From: Rebecca billardiae RCC1528
Taxonomy: Eukaryota; Protista; Haptophyta
Direction: 5' to 3'
DNA: 64,000 nt
NCBI GenBank assembly: GCA_965240325.2
Contig: OZ251229.1
Span: 1,798,001 to 1,862,000 of the forward strand
Shown: positions 62,101 through 64,000 of the stretch, piece by piece
Layout of the letters: each line of letters starts with the position of its first letter
Numbering within the stretch: position 1 is the first letter of the stretch
Made by a program: the position numbers and the translations under genes
The notes under the pieces: model-generated
The model's input: the letters and a program-made list of their open reading frames with translations, nothing else
Databases searched by the model: none
What the model was told of the DNA's origin: nothing

Positions 62101-63635
62101 ACTGGCGGTTCGGTGAGCACGAACGTCGACGGCGGTGACGGCAGTGACTGGATCACAGTTGGCAACGCCGGCAACGCCTTGGTCGACCAACTCTCTGACG
62201 GGACCGGTGGAGACCTCACTGCATACCTGTACGGCGGGCTCGGCAACGACGTGTTGCGCGGTGGCAGCGGAGGCTATGCTGACGGTCGCAACTCAAACCG
62301 TGCTGCCAACGCCGGCTCGGCGACCAACACGCTCTTGGGCGGTGCTGGCGACGACAGCATCTACGGGGGGCACGGCGGCGACGCCATCGATAACTCAGGC
62401 GGGGCAAACGTGGCGACCGGCGGGGAGACATACAACCTCATCATCGGTGCGCGCCCCGCCTCCCTGCTCGCGGCGGCATGCCCTCGCACTACTGTGCTCG
62501 CTGGCGCCTGCTGCCTGCCACGCTTAGCCAGCCAGGCTACACAGGCAGCAGGCGGTGATGCATGCACCAGTCGTGGTCGGCCCCGAATGACTGGCGCCCG
62601 CACGTGACACGTGGCGTCGCCGTCACTCGCTCGCACGCAGGTGGCGACGGCAACGACGCCATGTACGGTGGCGACGGCGGCAGAGGCAAGAACGAAGGAG
62701 TCGGCGGGGATGTCGTCAACAAGATTCACGGCGGCGAAGGTGACGACTACATCATCGGCGGTGATGACGTGGACGGTGACTCCTTGAACTACCTCTACGG
62801 TGCGCGCGCGCATCCTCATCGCGGGCTGGCGGGCGGCGGCATGTGCGCACGACGCGTGCGCTGAGTAAAGCTCACACTCATTGCGAGCCACCGTCTCAAA
62901 CGACCCCCCCGCCGCTTGCAGGTGGAAGCGGCGACGACGTCATTGCGGCAGGGAAGTCCAACAACATCATCAAGGCCGGTCTCGGGTCTGACAAGGTCTA
63001 CGCTCGCAACGGCTACTATGACATCATCTACTACGACGCCTTTGACCAGGTCAGACACGACGAGATTGACAAGCTCGTCAGGGTGGCAGATGAGCCCATC
63101 GGCTGCCAGAGCATCCAGTGCGTCCTCTGGGTGAGTGATGCGCGCGCGCCGAGGACAGTGGCGCGAGGCCTGCCAACCCCCGACCTCGCGCGCTGCCCTT
63201 GCGCTCACTTCCGCCGGTGCCATCGATGCGCGCTCCGTGGCGGCCGCGCAGCGCATCTCGGCCAAGCTCGTGTCGGTACGCGAAGTGCTGCGCTTCACCT
63301 GCTGGGCCCGTGGGAGCTGTGAGTCGCGCTTCACTGGCAAGACTCGCGGCACTGGCAAGGGCGTCGTGCACGGCAAGGGCAAGGGCGTGGTGCACGGCAA
63401 GGGCAAGGGCGTGGCATACGGCCCTATGGCAGCTGGGCACCGCAAGCTTCTCCTCACTGGCGAGGCAGGAGTGTCCGCCATCACTGCTCTGGGTGCTGGT
63501 GTCGTCGCCCTTGCTGCAGTGGTGGTGGCTGCTACCACCGTCGTCTCCAAGAAGCATCGCGCCCCGGAGCATGCGCAGCCAGGTCAGCCAGCCGCTGCCA
63601 AAGACGTCGCAAAGCAGCTCGATCCTCTTGTCTGA
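59191..63635 (+). CDS. RTX-like (hemolysin-type Ca-binding GGxGxDxI repeat) type-I membrane/surface protein; exons 59191-59336, 59442-59746, 59867-60733, 60925-61086, 61206-61568, 61682-62446, 62641-62799, 62922-63130, 63252-63635
   Basis: Signal peptide; more than 20 GGxGxD-x-I/L units (GGAGNDVIT, GGDGDDTIY, GGLGNDILF); eight GT-AG introns give one continuous frame; C-terminal TM ALGAGVVALAAVVVAATTVV-SKKHR. Confidence 0.88.
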
Positions 63636-63969
63636 TCGCGACTACTGCTACATGCACGACTTCAAAGTGCAAGCGCACACCACGTCTACGTTTATCGTTC
63701 ATCGGCGCGCAACACCGTCGAACGCCATGCCTTCATGGATGACCAGCATGCAACGCGCGTCGCGCGCAAGACGGACGGATCGAGCTTGAGCTGCGCACGC
63801 GCCGCACGTCTGCACACACGACACCAACTGTCACCAACTGACCAAGTCCAAGACGCTGTCCGATATGACCACGCCCACAGCATGCGCCGCCTCTGCAAGA
63901 AGAGCACAAGGCCGCGCCACGCACACGCGGCGCGGGAAAAATGACCAGCGCGACCCATGATCAGTATAG

Positions 63970-63971
<2 letters not shown>

Positions 63972-64000
<29 letters not shown>
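63972..64000. repeat. (TA)n microsatellite at the window edge
   Basis: Direct observation. Confidence 0.95.

Noticed and set aside
63972-64000. Telomere at the window end
   Set aside because: It is plain (TA)n like the internal tracts, with no TTAGGG-type repeat.

Overview
A very GC-rich eukaryotic nuclear region with GT-AG spliceosomal introns (mostly GTGCGC donors). A pentapeptide-repeat thylakoid-lumen protein with an ER-type signal peptide points to an alga with a complex plastid; a haptophyte (Pavlovales-like) is my inference. About 14 host genes are supported. They include a large modular S8 subtilisin that runs off the left edge, a 74-aa spliced microprotein, a His-box desaturase-like protein and a 1862-aa membrane protein with repeated QPFxGG units plus F-box-like and RINGv-like parts. 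Others are a poly-Gly protein, a LigB/DODA dioxygenase, a thioredoxin-like membrane protein, ELMOD, TL17-like, JMJD8-like, a DMT transporter and a 9-exon RTX-like repeat surface protein. The genes alternate with dense mobile-element islands (about 15.4-19, 21.4-24.7, 27-30.5 and 44.8-58.9 kb). These hold three TA-flanked CAG...CTG MITEs and three long foldback elements, two with decayed gene-like cargo. There is also a 5'-truncated CRE-like RLE non-LTR retrotransposon sitting in (TA)n tracts, tail-to-tail with an unrelated-bodied element that shares its 3' terminus. All assignments come from reading the sequence by eye; no searches were run.
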